A stretch of DNA of 32,962 nt from a virus (lineage: Duplodnaviria; Caudoviricetes): positions 1 to 32,962 of IMG/VR virus record IMGVR_UViG_3300025057_000030; one strand, given 5' to 3'. Positions 17,334-26,548 of this stretch are shown here, piece by piece. Every line of letters starts with the position of its first letter. Within the stretch, counting starts at the first letter, position 1. The translations under genes and the position numbers were made by a program. The notes under the pieces are model-generated. The model did no database searches, was not told where the DNA came from, and saw only the letters and a program-made list of their open reading frames with translations.

Positions 17334-19777
17334 CCAGTAGAAACTACGGCCTTTTGGTTGACATTTTTGGGAGCGACTACGCGCTTGTTTCTCACGAACG
17401 AATTGTCGGGGCGCAGGCATACGCGGTCAACTCAAAAACCCTTGTTCGCATTTCTGAGCCGATACCCTCGGGCCTGACAATCGGCGTTGATCCGTACTCT
17501 GGAAAAACAGACTTAGGCGGAACGACGGTACAATTGACGCATTGCCCCGAGCTTTTCAACTCGCAAAAGGGAAGCCCGGTTTCTTCTTTGTTGCAGGAAA
17601 TGACCGCCAGTTCGACAACGGTTCGTGTTCCTTCTGCGAGTGTCTACACAATCCCCGGCTATCTCTGGATTGAAAAAGAAGCGGTGTATGCGACGTCGTC
17701 TGCGTCCGGTTCTGGTTATGATGACATTACCGTAACGCGCGCGGCCCTCGGTACGACAGCGCGGGCGCATTCGGTCGGCTTCAATGTCTACGGATACAAC
17801 CCGTCCTTTCTCGGGCGCAAAGTCGAATTGAAATGGGTTTTGCTGGACGACTACGCCGAAACAATCAGCCGGTTCGTGGGATACGTCGAAAACGCCGAAC
17901 AAAACGCGGCGGGCGTTCGTCTGTCCATCGTCTCAGGGCAACAACAGATCAACGACTTAGAAGCATTTGGCGGTGACTTTGCGAGCGGTGTTCTTCGTGA
18001 GTCCATGCTTTATCCGGGCGGCCAAGGCGCACTCCCTCCGGGCGTTGCTACCAACTCCGAAGAGTTTGTTCTTCGATTGAAAGACAAAGACACGCCGTTT
18101 CCTTCGCATGGATACCGAGGCGGGGCGGCGTTCCCTGCATACCTACGAATCAACGACGAATTGATCCGTTACCAGTTCACACAATTTCCGCTGTATGAAT
18201 TCGAGGTTTCAAGCGTTTCGTCGAACAACCTCACCGTTTCACAGACAACCGACCGTCAAGGCGATGGAACGCTTGTTCAGGTTGGCGACATCATTGACAT
18301 CGAAGACAGCGCGGGCGACTTGCTCACAGGTGGCGAGGGGTTGCAGGTTGTGTCGGTAACATCGCCGACAACGCGCACAGGTACATTTGTTATCACGCAC
18401 AACGGTTCGTTGACGGTATCGGCGACAGATGTTGTTGTTGGTCGTTATCAGCAGATGATTCGTGACGCGCAACAGATCCGGGCCTTTGACCAGTCGCAGG
18501 CGCAAACGCACGAAGGCGACGCGCAGGTTTCAGAGGTTCGGCGATTCGAAGGCGACGCGTTGTTGTTGCTTCGTCAACTGCTCTTTTCCCTTGACGGCGA
18601 TGGAACGAACGGCCCTGATTCTGGACTTTACGACGTATTGCCCTCACCGTGGGGCCTTGGATTCACAACAACAGAAGTTGACAACGACAGCCTTGACGCG
18701 CTCGCACCGTACTCAACACCGCGCCGATATTACCTCGACGGCCCTTTGAAGGTTTCGGATCTGGTCGAATGGTTGTCGCTTGCACTGAACTGCTTTCTCG
18801 TGTTTTGCGAGGATGGCAAGCTGCGAGCACAGGGGCGCGGTGATGTCTACCCGCTGCAATCGGCGTCGCATACGGTCGGCGCTTCACAACTCGGGCGTGA
18901 CGATGTTCCCGCAATGCCTGTCGATTTGGCGCTTGTGAAGAACAGCGCTCGCCTCGAAACCGATTTCAACCTTGACGGTGTTCCGACTAGGGCCTTGAAT
19001 CTGGTTGAGCGTGAGTCGGTATCGTTGCACGGACGCCTTGATTTGGGATTGAAAGACCCCGGATTGACGCAGACAGGCGGGGCGGCTGTTATCGTCCCCC
19101 TTTTGACGTCGCTATTGAAGGCACGTAGCAGGCCGCTAGCGCGCTTCAACTGTCAGGTCTTGCTGTCACCCTCGAATGTGTATCGCCCGGGGCAAATTGT
19201 AGCGTTTACGTTGCCACACTTCGCCAACCTGCAAGGCGAGCAAGGTTTTTACTCATCTTATTTTGAAATTCTACGTTGCGCGCCTGTTGACTCGAACGGT
19301 CTTGTAGAGTTGGAGTTGTTGCAAAAACGACAGGCTGCAGACCTTGGGCGCATTTGTTTTGCAGGCATTGTCGCCAGTGTTGCGGGCGCGGTCTTGACGC
19401 TGGAACCTGCATCGACAACGCACTTTTCGCCAGCCGACCCGGACATTGAACCAGCAAACGGACTCGGGACAGATGATGTCGAATGGTTTCTTGAGGATGA
19501 CCCGGTAACGATTTGGGATGCCAGCAGCTTAGGCGGAACAATCAACACGCACGACGCGACGATTGTGAATATCAACACAGGGGCCCGAACGATTGAACTG
19601 TCGTCAACCCCTGGATCTTGGACAATTGCAGCGGGCGATATTGTAAGGTTGGATCGTTGGCAGGACGTCGGCGCGGGCGCGACAGGGGCGGAACGTCAAG
19701 GGCTTTTTCTTGCGCTGGCGGATACTGCGACCGAAGTGCTAGGTAGCTCAGACGATCCGTACAAGTGGGGGCTGTAA
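17330..19777 (+). CDS. Putative tail tip / baseplate hub protein
   Basis: About 815 aa from GTG 17330 (GTGA overlap); two TRAALGTTARAH / IRAFDQSQAQTH-type modules; position. Confidence 0.6.
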   Translation: MTSRNYGLLVDIFGSDYALVSHERIVGAQAYAVNSKTLVRISEPIPSGLTIGVDPYSGKTDLGGTTVQLTHCPELFNSQKGSPVSSLLQEMTASSTTVRVPSASVYTIPGYLWIEKEAVYATSSASGSGYDDITVTRAALGTTARAHSVGFNVYGYNPSFLGRKVELKWVLLDDYAETISRFVGYVENAEQNAAGVRLSIVSGQQQINDLEAFGGDFASGVLRESMLYPGGQGALPPGVATNSEEFVLRLKDKDTPFPSHGYRGGAAFPAYLRINDELIRYQFTQFPLYEFEVSSVSSNNLTVSQTTDRQGDGTLVQVGDIIDIEDSAGDLLTGGEGLQVVSVTSPTTRTGTFVITHNGSLTVSATDVVVGRYQQMIRDAQQIRAFDQSQAQTHEGDAQVSEVRRFEGDALLLLRQLLFSLDGDGTNGPDSGLYDVLPSPWGLGFTTTEVDNDSLDALAPYSTPRRYYLDGPLKVSDLVEWLSLALNCFLVFCEDGKLRAQGRGDVYPLQSASHTVGASQLGRDDVPAMPVDLALVKNSARLETDFNLDGVPTRALNLVERESVSLHGRLDLGLKDPGLTQTGGAAVIVPLLTSLLKARSRPLARFNCQVLLSPSNVYRPGQIVAFTLPHFANLQGEQGFYSSYFEILRCAPVDSNGLVELELLQKRQAADLGRICFAGIVASVAGAVLTLEPASTTHFSPADPDIEPANGLGTDDVEWFLEDDPVTIWDASSLGGTINTHDATIVNINTGARTIELSSTPGSWTIAAGDIVRLDRWQDVGAGATGAERQGLFLALADTATEVLGSSDDPYKWGL

Positions 19778-20457
19778 TGGCAATAACGGCGCTTTTCAAA
19801 AAACTTGCGTTTGACGCAGTCGAGGTCGGCGACAACATTCTTTCCGATTTCTTGACCCGCGCATATCAGGCAACAAACGCCCTTTATGAATCCGCGACAG
19901 ACGACGCAGCTTTCGGGAAGTCGGCGGGCTCTCAGTTGTGGGAAGGCCACGACCACGGGCCGGGCGGAGGGCCTGCGATTCAACGCGGTTGCCTTTACTC
20001 GATGGACGGTGGCGCAAATCCTCTGTTTACGCTGGCATTAACCGCGAAAACACCACAAGACTTGACTTACGACCACTGGTACACGTCGCCCGGATACTTC
20101 GGAGACATCGGGCGTTATTTCGTGTCGCCGCGTGTCCAGGGGCCTTTGGAAGTCTGGTTGTGCTATGATTGCGTTGGAAGTGAAGTCAAGATCACACCAC
20201 GCGAGGCGGTGGCGGCCCTGACATCGACAGCGCGCCCGATGGGATCGGTTCAAACCTACACTTTGGACAATTCAACCGACAGCGCGGAAACAGAAACATA
20301 CCAGTGGGTAAAAGTTCAAATCCCGTGTTTTCCGGGCGAATTGAACGGCCTGCAGATCACTTGTGAGGCGGAACAGGACGCAACCTTTCAGGTGTATTCT
20401 GTCCACATTGCCGAGGTTGAGGGCGTAACCGTACCGATTCGAGGTTCGTTGATATGA
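19777..20457 (+). CDS. Tail tip/fibre protein, GHDH paralog A
   Basis: ATG 19777 (TAATG overlap); NALYE...GHDHGPGGGPAIQRG N-terminal module. Confidence 0.6.
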   Translation: MAITALFKKLAFDAVEVGDNILSDFLTRAYQATNALYESATDDAAFGKSAGSQLWEGHDHGPGGGPAIQRGCLYSMDGGANPLFTLALTAKTPQDLTYDHWYTSPGYFGDIGRYFVSPRVQGPLEVWLCYDCVGSEVKITPREAVAALTSTARPMGSVQTYTLDNSTDSAETETYQWVKVQIPCFPGELNGLQITCEAEQDATFQVYSVHIAEVEGVTVPIRGSLI

Positions 20458-21170
20458 GCGTGTATCGTTGGTTTTCAGAATTGGTCAACGAAATGGTTGA
20501 AGGCAATCAATGGCTTGACACCGAAGTTTTGTTTCGGGCGACATCGCAGGCCAACGCGCTTTATGAATTCATTTTTGACAAGGCAGCGCCGGGCGCGACA
20601 TCGCAGGCGATACAGGGGCACGACCACACATCAACGCAGGGCGGGCGAACCTGTGCGCGTGGAACCGTGTACTCTGGCGGCGCAGGTCAAGATCAGTTTT
20701 TCAAATGGGAGCCGTCGGCGGCGACAACATGGTACAGTGCAGACAATGCAAATTCGAGCAGCAAACAGCGCTCTGGCTCTTTGTTTTGGGCGTACTGTTC
20801 AGGAACGACGACAGGCGCTTCAAGCCCGTACACGACGCCCGTTGCATGGCTGCACGTTCGAGTGTTGAAGCCTGTCCCCGGTGGTGCTGGCAACAAAACG
20901 GTTTCGGCTCGAATCAACAACGTTACGCTGTCGAAATACTCGGAAACAAAAACATTCACGGTCGCGGCTGGCGGTTCTGACCCGGTGTCGGAATCTCTTG
21001 ACTTTGTCGAGGTTCCAATTCAACCCGGATGGAACGAATTCGACATTGAATACCAGACAGATAAGGATAGTCCAGTTGTGTATACGACTCATATCTGTCT
21101 CATGGAAGCCGCAGACGAAGACGGCTGTTATGAATCTTCAACAGGCGTTTCGCCGTTGGGCGGTGTATGA
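20454..21170 (+). CDS. Tail tip/fibre protein, GHDH paralog B
   Basis: NALYE...AAPGA...GHDHTSTQGGRTCARG module; ATGA overlaps on both sides. Confidence 0.6.
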   Translation: MSVYRWFSELVNEMVEGNQWLDTEVLFRATSQANALYEFIFDKAAPGATSQAIQGHDHTSTQGGRTCARGTVYSGGAGQDQFFKWEPSAATTWYSADNANSSSKQRSGSLFWAYCSGTTTGASSPYTTPVAWLHVRVLKPVPGGAGNKTVSARINNVTLSKYSETKTFTVAAGGSDPVSESLDFVEVPIQPGWNEFDIEYQTDKDSPVVYTTHICLMEAADEDGCYESSTGVSPLGGV

Positions 21171-21859
21171 TGGGCTTCGTTACTAGCGGTTGGCAGGCGA
21201 TCAAGTGGAATTTGTACAAAATCGGTCGCCCCGGTCGGTTTGTTTTGGCTTCGTCTCTGTTTCACAACCTGAACGGATTGTTCGAGGGTTTGACTGGATC
21301 GCCAGCGCCGGGCGCAGGGGCTCAAACGGTCGCGGGACACGACCACAGCTTGCAAGGCGGTCGCCCGATTTATCGTTCGTTTGTGGGCGGATTTGATACG
21401 GGCGAAACGGTCGGCTATCTGCTTTCAGACGCGGGCGCGGTCGCAACCCCGATTTCGTTGACCGACAAAAGCCCGGCGATTCGTTGTTACATAAACCCCG
21501 CAATCAACGACCAGTTGTCAGGCCCTCCGACTTTGACTGCAAAGTTGTTTGTCGTGATGACCAATGCAGGCGGTACTAGTTCAGATTTCAAGTTTGTGAT
21601 TCGAAATGTTGAAGGCGGTAGTAACTCGACAACGACGACAGAAACGGTCGCGTCGGGCGTTACGTCGTCAAAGTGGGTTGAAATTTCTGGCATTCCTGTT
21701 GCGTCTGGCGGCTGGCAAGGTTACGATTTACTGGCAGGTTGGACGGGCGCGGGCGGCGCGGTCAATGTTACGGCTTGCATAATGGCGGAAACAAGCGGCA
21801 CGGTCGCGGCTAGCACGGGGGCAAAGTATGACAGCGCAAGCGCAACAACTCGACCTTGA
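21167..21859 (+). CDS. Tail tip/fibre protein, GHDH paralog C
   Basis: NGLFE...PAPGA...GHDHSLQGGRPIYRS module. Confidence 0.6.
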   Translation: MMGFVTSGWQAIKWNLYKIGRPGRFVLASSLFHNLNGLFEGLTGSPAPGAGAQTVAGHDHSLQGGRPIYRSFVGGFDTGETVGYLLSDAGAVATPISLTDKSPAIRCYINPAINDQLSGPPTLTAKLFVVMTNAGGTSSDFKFVIRNVEGGSNSTTTTETVASGVTSSKWVEISGIPVASGGWQGYDLLAGWTGAGGAVNVTACIMAETSGTVAASTGAKYDSASATTRP

Positions 21860-21992
21860 CGAAACGATCCACGAAATAGACCGCGCAACGGCAGAGTTTT
21901 GCGCGTACCTTGAAAGCCAGAGCCAAACGCTTGAAGCGCTTGCGAGGGCGTCAAGCGACGTTTGGGAAGCGAGCGGCGAAAGTGCGGATTGA
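21828..21992 (+). CDS. Small acidic helical protein (54 aa)
   Basis: MTAQAQQLDLDETIHEIDRATAEFCAYLESQSQTLEALARASSDVWEASGESAD; fills the gap, overlaps both neighbours; not in the ORF track. Confidence 0.5.
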   Translation: MTAQAQQLDLDETIHEIDRATAEFCAYLESQSQTLEALARASSDVWEASGESAD

Positions 21993-22353
21993 ATGGGTTC
22001 GCATGGTCGCCGAACAACTGAAACAAAACGCCCGAAAACAGGCGCAAACCGAGGAACAAATTGTGGACATTCGCGACCGAATAACGCGGGTAGAGTCGGA
22101 TCTTTCGCATTTGCGCGAAGCGACGCGCCAACAAGAAGCGACCCTTGCCAGAATTGCGGAGGCCGCCAGCCCGACGCAACTAAAAGAGCTCGTTGCGCAA
22201 GTCGCAAAGCACGAACAAACGTTGACAAGAATCATGGTTGCGGCGGTCGTTGCACAATTGTTTCTAGGCCCGATGATTGCGGGCCTTGTTTCGTTGTATA
22301 TGGCCCCAAAGCCGCCACCGACACCAGCAAAAGTTGAAAAGGGCAAACAATGA
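21982..22353 (+). CDS. Coiled-coil protein with C-terminal transmembrane helix (lysis-cluster)
   Basis: Heptad region then IMVAAVVAQLFLGPMIAGLVSLYM; start GTG 21982 or ATG 22003. Confidence 0.55.
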   Translation: MRIEWVRMVAEQLKQNARKQAQTEEQIVDIRDRITRVESDLSHLREATRQQEATLARIAEAASPTQLKELVAQVAKHEQTLTRIMVAAVVAQLFLGPMIAGLVSLYMAPKPPPTPAKVEKGKQ

Positions 22354-22619
22354 AAAACGCACTTGTTGAGCTTTTCTCCGATGTTGACGGGCTTTCACCG
22401 TCGGAGGTGATGGGATTTGTTGCCGGGGTTGCGGGGCTTGTGCTTGCATTTCTGAACAACGCACAAAGCGCAACGGTATTGACATTTTCGGCGGGCTGTT
22501 TCGGCGTAAACAAAGCCGCAAGCGCGGCGGTCAAGACATCGCAGGCAAAAGCCGCCAGTGTCCAGCCAACTGCGTCGCCCTCAAAAACAGAACCGCCAAA
22601 AGGAGGGCCGCCCGTATGA
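22350..22619 (+). CDS. Putative holin
   Basis: 89 aa, two hydrophobic segments, basic C-terminal tail, in the membrane gene cluster after the tail genes. Confidence 0.5.
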   Translation: MKNALVELFSDVDGLSPSEVMGFVAGVAGLVLAFLNNAQSATVLTFSAGCFGVNKAASAAVKTSQAKAASVQPTASPSKTEPPKGGPPV

Positions 22620-22912
22620 ACTGGAAAGCATGGTTGATCGTCGCGGTGTTGTTGGTCGTGCTCGGTATTGTGTTGGGCGGTGTTTATGCGGGCCTGATTG
22701 CATCGGCAATCGGAGGCGCAGCCGTTCAGCGGGCGCGGCGACGTGAGCGCGAACATATCAAGCAACAACAGGAAGTCAAAAAACAGAAGGTCACGAAGAT
22801 TGAGCAAATCAACCGTGATCTCAAGATGGAAACAAAGGTTTTGCAACACAAAACAAACGCCGACTTGAAGCGCGACGTGCTGAAAGACGCTGGCGATATA
22901 TTGGGGGAATGA
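22616..22912 (+). CDS. Membrane-anchored coiled-coil protein (i-spanin-like)
   Basis: N-terminal TM WLIVAVLLVVLGIVLGGVYAGLIA then a charged coiled coil. Confidence 0.45.
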   Translation: MNWKAWLIVAVLLVVLGIVLGGVYAGLIASAIGGAAVQRARRREREHIKQQQEVKKQKVTKIEQINRDLKMETKVLQHKTNADLKRDVLKDAGDILGE

Positions 22913-23256
22913 TGCGAATTCTTGTCTTTTTGTTGTGTTGGTTGCTTTGTGTCCCTGCTTATGCTGGCGATGTCACGTTGACACGAAAGCAGATGTTGAA
23001 GATCGGCAAGGCGTTGAAAACCTGCAAAGCCGCAAAGAAGAAACACGCGGTCGAATTGAAGGCCCTGCGCGATTCCTACGAACTGAAACTGAAACACCAA
23101 AGCCAGAGTTGTGGAAAGGGTTTGTGTGAGTCGTCGCCGTGGATGGGGCTTGTTTTTTTCACGATTGGGGCGGTAACGGCGGGCGTGATTGTCGGGGTTA
23201 TTACCTGGAACGTTCAGAATCAACAAATCATCGAATTGCAGAAAGTGAAAAACTAG
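22909..23256 (+). CDS. Signal-peptide protein with coiled coil and C-terminal TM helix (spanin-like position)
   Basis: MMRILVFLLCWLLCVPAYA signal, coiled coil, WMGLVFFTIGAVTAGVIVGVITW; last + strand gene of the arm. Confidence 0.45.
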   Translation: MMRILVFLLCWLLCVPAYAGDVTLTRKQMLKIGKALKTCKAAKKKHAVELKALRDSYELKLKHQSQSCGKGLCESSPWMGLVFFTIGAVTAGVIVGVITWNVQNQQIIELQKVKN

Positions 23257-23516
23257 CGTTCCTTCCAGGCTTCGACCAGTCGCTTCAAAAACTGCGTTTC
23301 CCCTGCGATTTCCCTCCGCATGGTTTCAACATCGCCTTCCCCCTGCAAAACGTTCAAATAGGCCGGGTGTTTTCGGTTCTTCTCCCAAACACACTTTAGC
23401 CACAAAACGGCGTTGTATCGGTACTCGAACGGCTGCAATTCTAGGGCCTGCAAGTGGGCCTCGTGTTCGTTTTTGTCCAGCGCCCAGTAGCAGGCGTTAT
23501 ACGCTTGTTCGTTCAT
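23253..23516 (-). CDS. Hypothetical protein, last gene of the early arm
   Basis: 87 aa; ATGA-coupled to the upstream gene; stop overlaps the convergent + strand stop. Confidence 0.65.
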   Translation of the reverse strand: MNEQAYNACYWALDKNEHEAHLQALELQPFEYRYNAVLWLKCVWEKNRKHPAYLNVLQGEGDVETMRREIAGETQFLKRLVEAWKER

Positions 23517-24544
23517 TTGACCGCCTTCATTTCGCTAGATACAGGGTCGAAGCCTTTAGGAAATCGAGTGTTGTCGTTATATCTTGCGCCTGTTAGGTCT
23601 GCGTTCCTGAGGTCTGCGCCTGTTAGGTCTGCGTTTCTGAGGTCTGCGCCGAACAGGTCTGCGCCTGTCAGGTTTGCGCCTGTTAGGTCTGCGCCGTTCA
23701 GGTTTGCACTGAATAGGTTTGCGCCGTTCAGGTTTGCACTGAATAGGTTTGCGTCTATCAGATTTGCATTCAACAGGTTGGCCCCGTTCAGTGACTTTAT
23801 AGAAAATCGGAAATCTTCATACGACCTTCCGTTGTCGTTCCTGTGTTTGTGACGTTCCAGGGCCTCCGCGACGTCTTTCTTTGCCTTTCTTTGTTTTCGC
23901 CAGCGTCGCATAGAGTCGTTGAAGCAATCCCGACACTGTCGGCGGATTCGCTTTGTTTTCGTTCCGTTTCTGTTGGTATCCAAACGAACCGGAAATGAAG
24001 ACAGGGGCAGCACTTGTCCGCATGTAGAGCACTGGCGACTTTCGTTTTCTTTCAGCGATTCATTGTCGGGCTTTGACCAGTCAACCGAAGGGTATTTTCG
24101 GTCTAGGTCTTTGGCGCTCTGGTTGCCTTGCTGTATCCAATCCTTGTGACGAAGGGTTGTTGACATCGAAGGAATCAGGCCGTCTTGATACGCATCGCCC
24201 TTGCATTCCTCATGCAAAACACAGAACCGGGTATAGTTGCGTCCCGTGGTGTTGCAGTAAAACCACTCTGCACCCGGTTCACCGCAAGCGTCGCATTCGT
24301 CTTGCACAATGATGTTGTCGAACATGTCTTCGCGCTTTTGCGCGTGTCTATGCGGACGTGCATATTTTTTCGCGCAGGCCCTGCAATAGCTTTGAAAGCG
24401 GGTTCGTTTTCCGTCTTTTGATTCGACGTTGACGACATGAAACGATTCGAGGGGCAAAACCTGCTTGCATTGTGAACAAGGTTTTTCGCCCGCTTCGAGG
24501 TGTTTCTTTGTCGCCTTTGTGAGTTTGTGTTTGAACGCTACCAT
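23513..24544 (-). CDS. Multi-Zn-finger protein with C-terminal pentapeptide repeats
   Basis: CSQC/CRAC, CDAC/HEEC, CSTC/CRDC modules, then A(N/D)Lxx repeats and cap [17 protein letters not shown]; ATG 24544 with AGGGG RBS. Confidence 0.8.
   Translation of the reverse strand: MVAFKHKLTKATKKHLEAGEKPCSQCKQVLPLESFHVVNVESKDGKRTRFQSYCRACAKKYARPHRHAQKREDMFDNIIVQDECDACGEPGAEWFYCNTTGRNYTRFCVLHEECKGDAYQDGLIPSMSTTLRHKDWIQQGNQSAKDLDRKYPSVDWSKPDNESLKENESRQCSTCGQVLPLSSFPVRLDTNRNGTKTKRIRRQCRDCFNDSMRRWRKQRKAKKDVAEALERHKHRNDNGRSYEDFRFSIKSLNGANLLNANLIDANLFSANLNGANLFSANLNGADLTGANLTGADLFGADLRNADLTGADLRNADLTGARYNDNTRFPKGFDPVSSEMKAVK
23585..23790 (-). repeat. 15-bp period tandem repeat encoding pentapeptide repeats
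   Basis: Recurrent aggt(c/t)tgc(g/a) units at 15-nt spacing. Confidence 0.9.
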
Positions 24545-24566
24545 TTGAAATCCCCTTTCGTTGGTG

Positions 24567-24809
24567 TCAAATTCGTTCAAGGATGTATCTGTATCGAGTG
24601 TCGCGCAGGGATTTTACAATGTGGTTTCTGTACTCGCCTTGAGAGAAAAAACTTGCCTCTGTATAGACGTGCTTTCCGTCTTTGTTGTAGTAGTCTTGAC
24701 GAAATGAAATTCGTAGTGTTTTGAATTCGTGAGGCTCAAGCTCATAGTGGTAAAAATGGTGCCTGTTGTGAATCGACAAAAGATGCGTCGCATTTGGATT
24801 CAATTTCAT
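24567..24809 (-). CDS. Hypothetical protein (80 aa, His/Tyr-rich)
   Basis: ATG 24809; fits the contiguous early operon. Confidence 0.55.
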   Translation of the reverse strand: MKLNPNATHLLSIHNRHHFYHYELEPHEFKTLRISFRQDYYNKDGKHVYTEASFFSQGEYRNHIVKSLRDTRYRYILERI

Positions 24810-24813
24810 TTTT

Positions 24814-25116
24814 TCACCAATCCAGAAAACGGCCCGTGTTGTATTCGAGCGCCTGTTGGAAGCGTTCGACAAACAGGGCCTTGTATTTCAAAAGTCGTCT
24901 GTCGCGATTATCCCACCGCTCGGGATGGATGCCGAGGTCTGTCTGTGTGTCCGATGACGCCTGCAACGCTTGTTTCGTCGCCTCGCCAGCGCATTCGAAC
25001 TGATATGCCCGCTTCCCGGCTTCGATGGCACAGACGGGCGCGAAATGCTCCGTTTTCGGTTGTGTTGTGGAGACGATGCGGACGCCCATCATCGCCAACC
25101 ATTGTTTTTCAGTCAT
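24814..25116 (-). CDS. Hypothetical protein (100 aa)
   Basis: ATG 25116 with GGGGGTGG upstream; overlaps the upstream gene end. Confidence 0.6.
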   Translation of the reverse strand: MTEKQWLAMMGVRIVSTTQPKTEHFAPVCAIEAGKRAYQFECAGEATKQALQASSDTQTDLGIHPERWDNRDRRLLKYKALFVERFQQALEYNTGRFLDW

Positions 25117-25348
25117 TGCCACCCCCAAAAAGAGAAAGTTGACTTTCTTCAAACAGTCTTTTTTGAACCAAAAGATTCATCCTTTCTTGGTAATTTCTGT
25201 AATTGTCACGGGCGTCAAGATACTGATTCTGATATTCCCGCTCCATTGCATCGTCACCTAACCACCGTGCTTTTTCTTTCAATGCTTCATCCATCATCAT
25301 TCGTTCAAACTTGACATCTTGACGAAGCGATCTTTCTGTCGCTTTCAT
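25109..25348 (-). CDS. Hypothetical helical protein (79 aa)
   Basis: ATGA coupling; ends QLSLFGGGND, a beta-clamp-binding-like motif. Confidence 0.6.
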   Translation of the reverse strand: MKATERSLRQDVKFERMMMDEALKEKARWLGDDAMEREYQNQYLDARDNYRNYQERMNLLVQKRLFEESQLSLFGGGND

Positions 25349-25572
25349 GCTTCAACCTCACAGGTCACGAGTAACAGTTGTTCGTGTTGCCATTCGAACA
25401 CGATGGAAAAACCCGGCTTGTCGCCTTTGCCTGGATATTCTTCGATGCGGCGGAACAAAGGCCCCACTCCGCGCGGTTCGTCAAGGTAAAGAGCCAACAC
25501 CGCCCAAGCGCAAGCTACCTGTTGGTGTGTTTGGAAGCCCTGGAACGTGATTGTCGTTGGAAAGTTTGTCAT
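25345..25572 (-). CDS. Hypothetical protein (75 aa)
   Basis: ATG 25572 overlapping the upstream stop (ATGA). Confidence 0.55.
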   Translation of the reverse strand: MTNFPTTITFQGFQTHQQVACAWAVLALYLDEPRGVGPLFRRIEEYPGKGDKPGFSIVFEWQHEQLLLVTCEVEA

Positions 25573-26009
25573 TGTTTGCCTTCTAGTCTGCTTTTGGGTT
25601 TCACATGTCCGCGCGTTGGGATCAGTTCGGACTCTCTGGCCTGCTCGATACAACCCCTGTGAAGCCCCACCCAGTTCCAATGGCGACCGCCTGAACAATT
25701 GCGCCAGAACCAATCGGCCCCGGACTTTCCGCACACGTCGCAGAAATCATCTTCCAGGATCTCTCTGCTTGCTTCTGCTCGAATGTTGTTGACACGCTGC
25801 AAGGCATGGGTGGAAAGGCAATCACAACACGCACTCGAAACGGTCATGTATCCTCTTGTCAGACAGAATCCGAACTCAGAGACAGGCAGGTCTTGCCCGC
25901 ATTTAGTGCAGCGCTTTGAGCCACAAGAGAACAAGCGTCGCGCCAGTGGAGACCATGTTTTGCCGGGGTGCTTCTGCTCAAACTCCTTTTTTGTCTGTCT
26001 CCTGCTCAT
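25569..26009 (-). CDS. Zn-finger protein, paralog 2
   Basis: ATG 26009 (ATGA overlap); CTKCGQDLPVSEF...CCDC, CDVCG...WFWRN...LHRGC. Confidence 0.75.
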   Translation of the reverse strand: MSRRQTKKEFEQKHPGKTWSPLARRLFSCGSKRCTKCGQDLPVSEFGFCLTRGYMTVSSACCDCLSTHALQRVNNIRAEASREILEDDFCDVCGKSGADWFWRNCSGGRHWNWVGLHRGCIEQARESELIPTRGHVKPKSRLEGKQ

Positions 26010-26548
26010 GCCATCCCTTTCAACTCTCGTTTGTGTCGAAGTCGTGCGCCGACAGGGACGATCCCTTCGCGCTTTGCTTGCTGTAAGCATCCTTTGTGCA
26101 GAACCGCCCATTCTCTCAGATTCACGTTTCGCCAAAAATAGCCCGCGTAATTTTTCCCACACACCTCGCATTGCATTGTTTCGAGAATCATAGCGCTGTT
26201 TTCCGCCTTTGACTTCTGGTAGTAGGCTTGCGCCCGCGTTTTCGGTTCAGTGTGCCTTTCTTCGTAGTATTCGCGGCGAAGCTGCTTTTCTCTTTCCGAG
26301 CATTGCGCCCGCTTTTTCCGGATCGATGGTTGACGATACTTCAACGAACATTCGTAACAATGCGAGCAGAAACGCTTTTTGCCATGTTGAGAAATGTATT
26401 TAGTAAACATTTCCAAAGGTAATGTTTCGTAGCATTGCGAACACTTCTTTTCGCCAGCCGCCAGCGCCCGCGCGCTCTTTTCAGTCCAGACTTTATCCGC
26501 GTGTTGGGCCTCGAATTCTTCCAGTGTGATCTTTTTCTTTGGCATCAT
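26006..26548 (-). CDS. Zn-finger protein, paralog 1
   Basis: CSQCYETLPLEMF...CYEC, CEVCG...YFWRN...LHKGC; coupled to the dnaB stop. Confidence 0.75.
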   Translation of the reverse strand: MMPKKKITLEEFEAQHADKVWTEKSARALAAGEKKCSQCYETLPLEMFTKYISQHGKKRFCSHCYECSLKYRQPSIRKKRAQCSEREKQLRREYYEERHTEPKTRAQAYYQKSKAENSAMILETMQCEVCGKNYAGYFWRNVNLREWAVLHKGCLQQAKREGIVPVGARLRHKRELKGMA

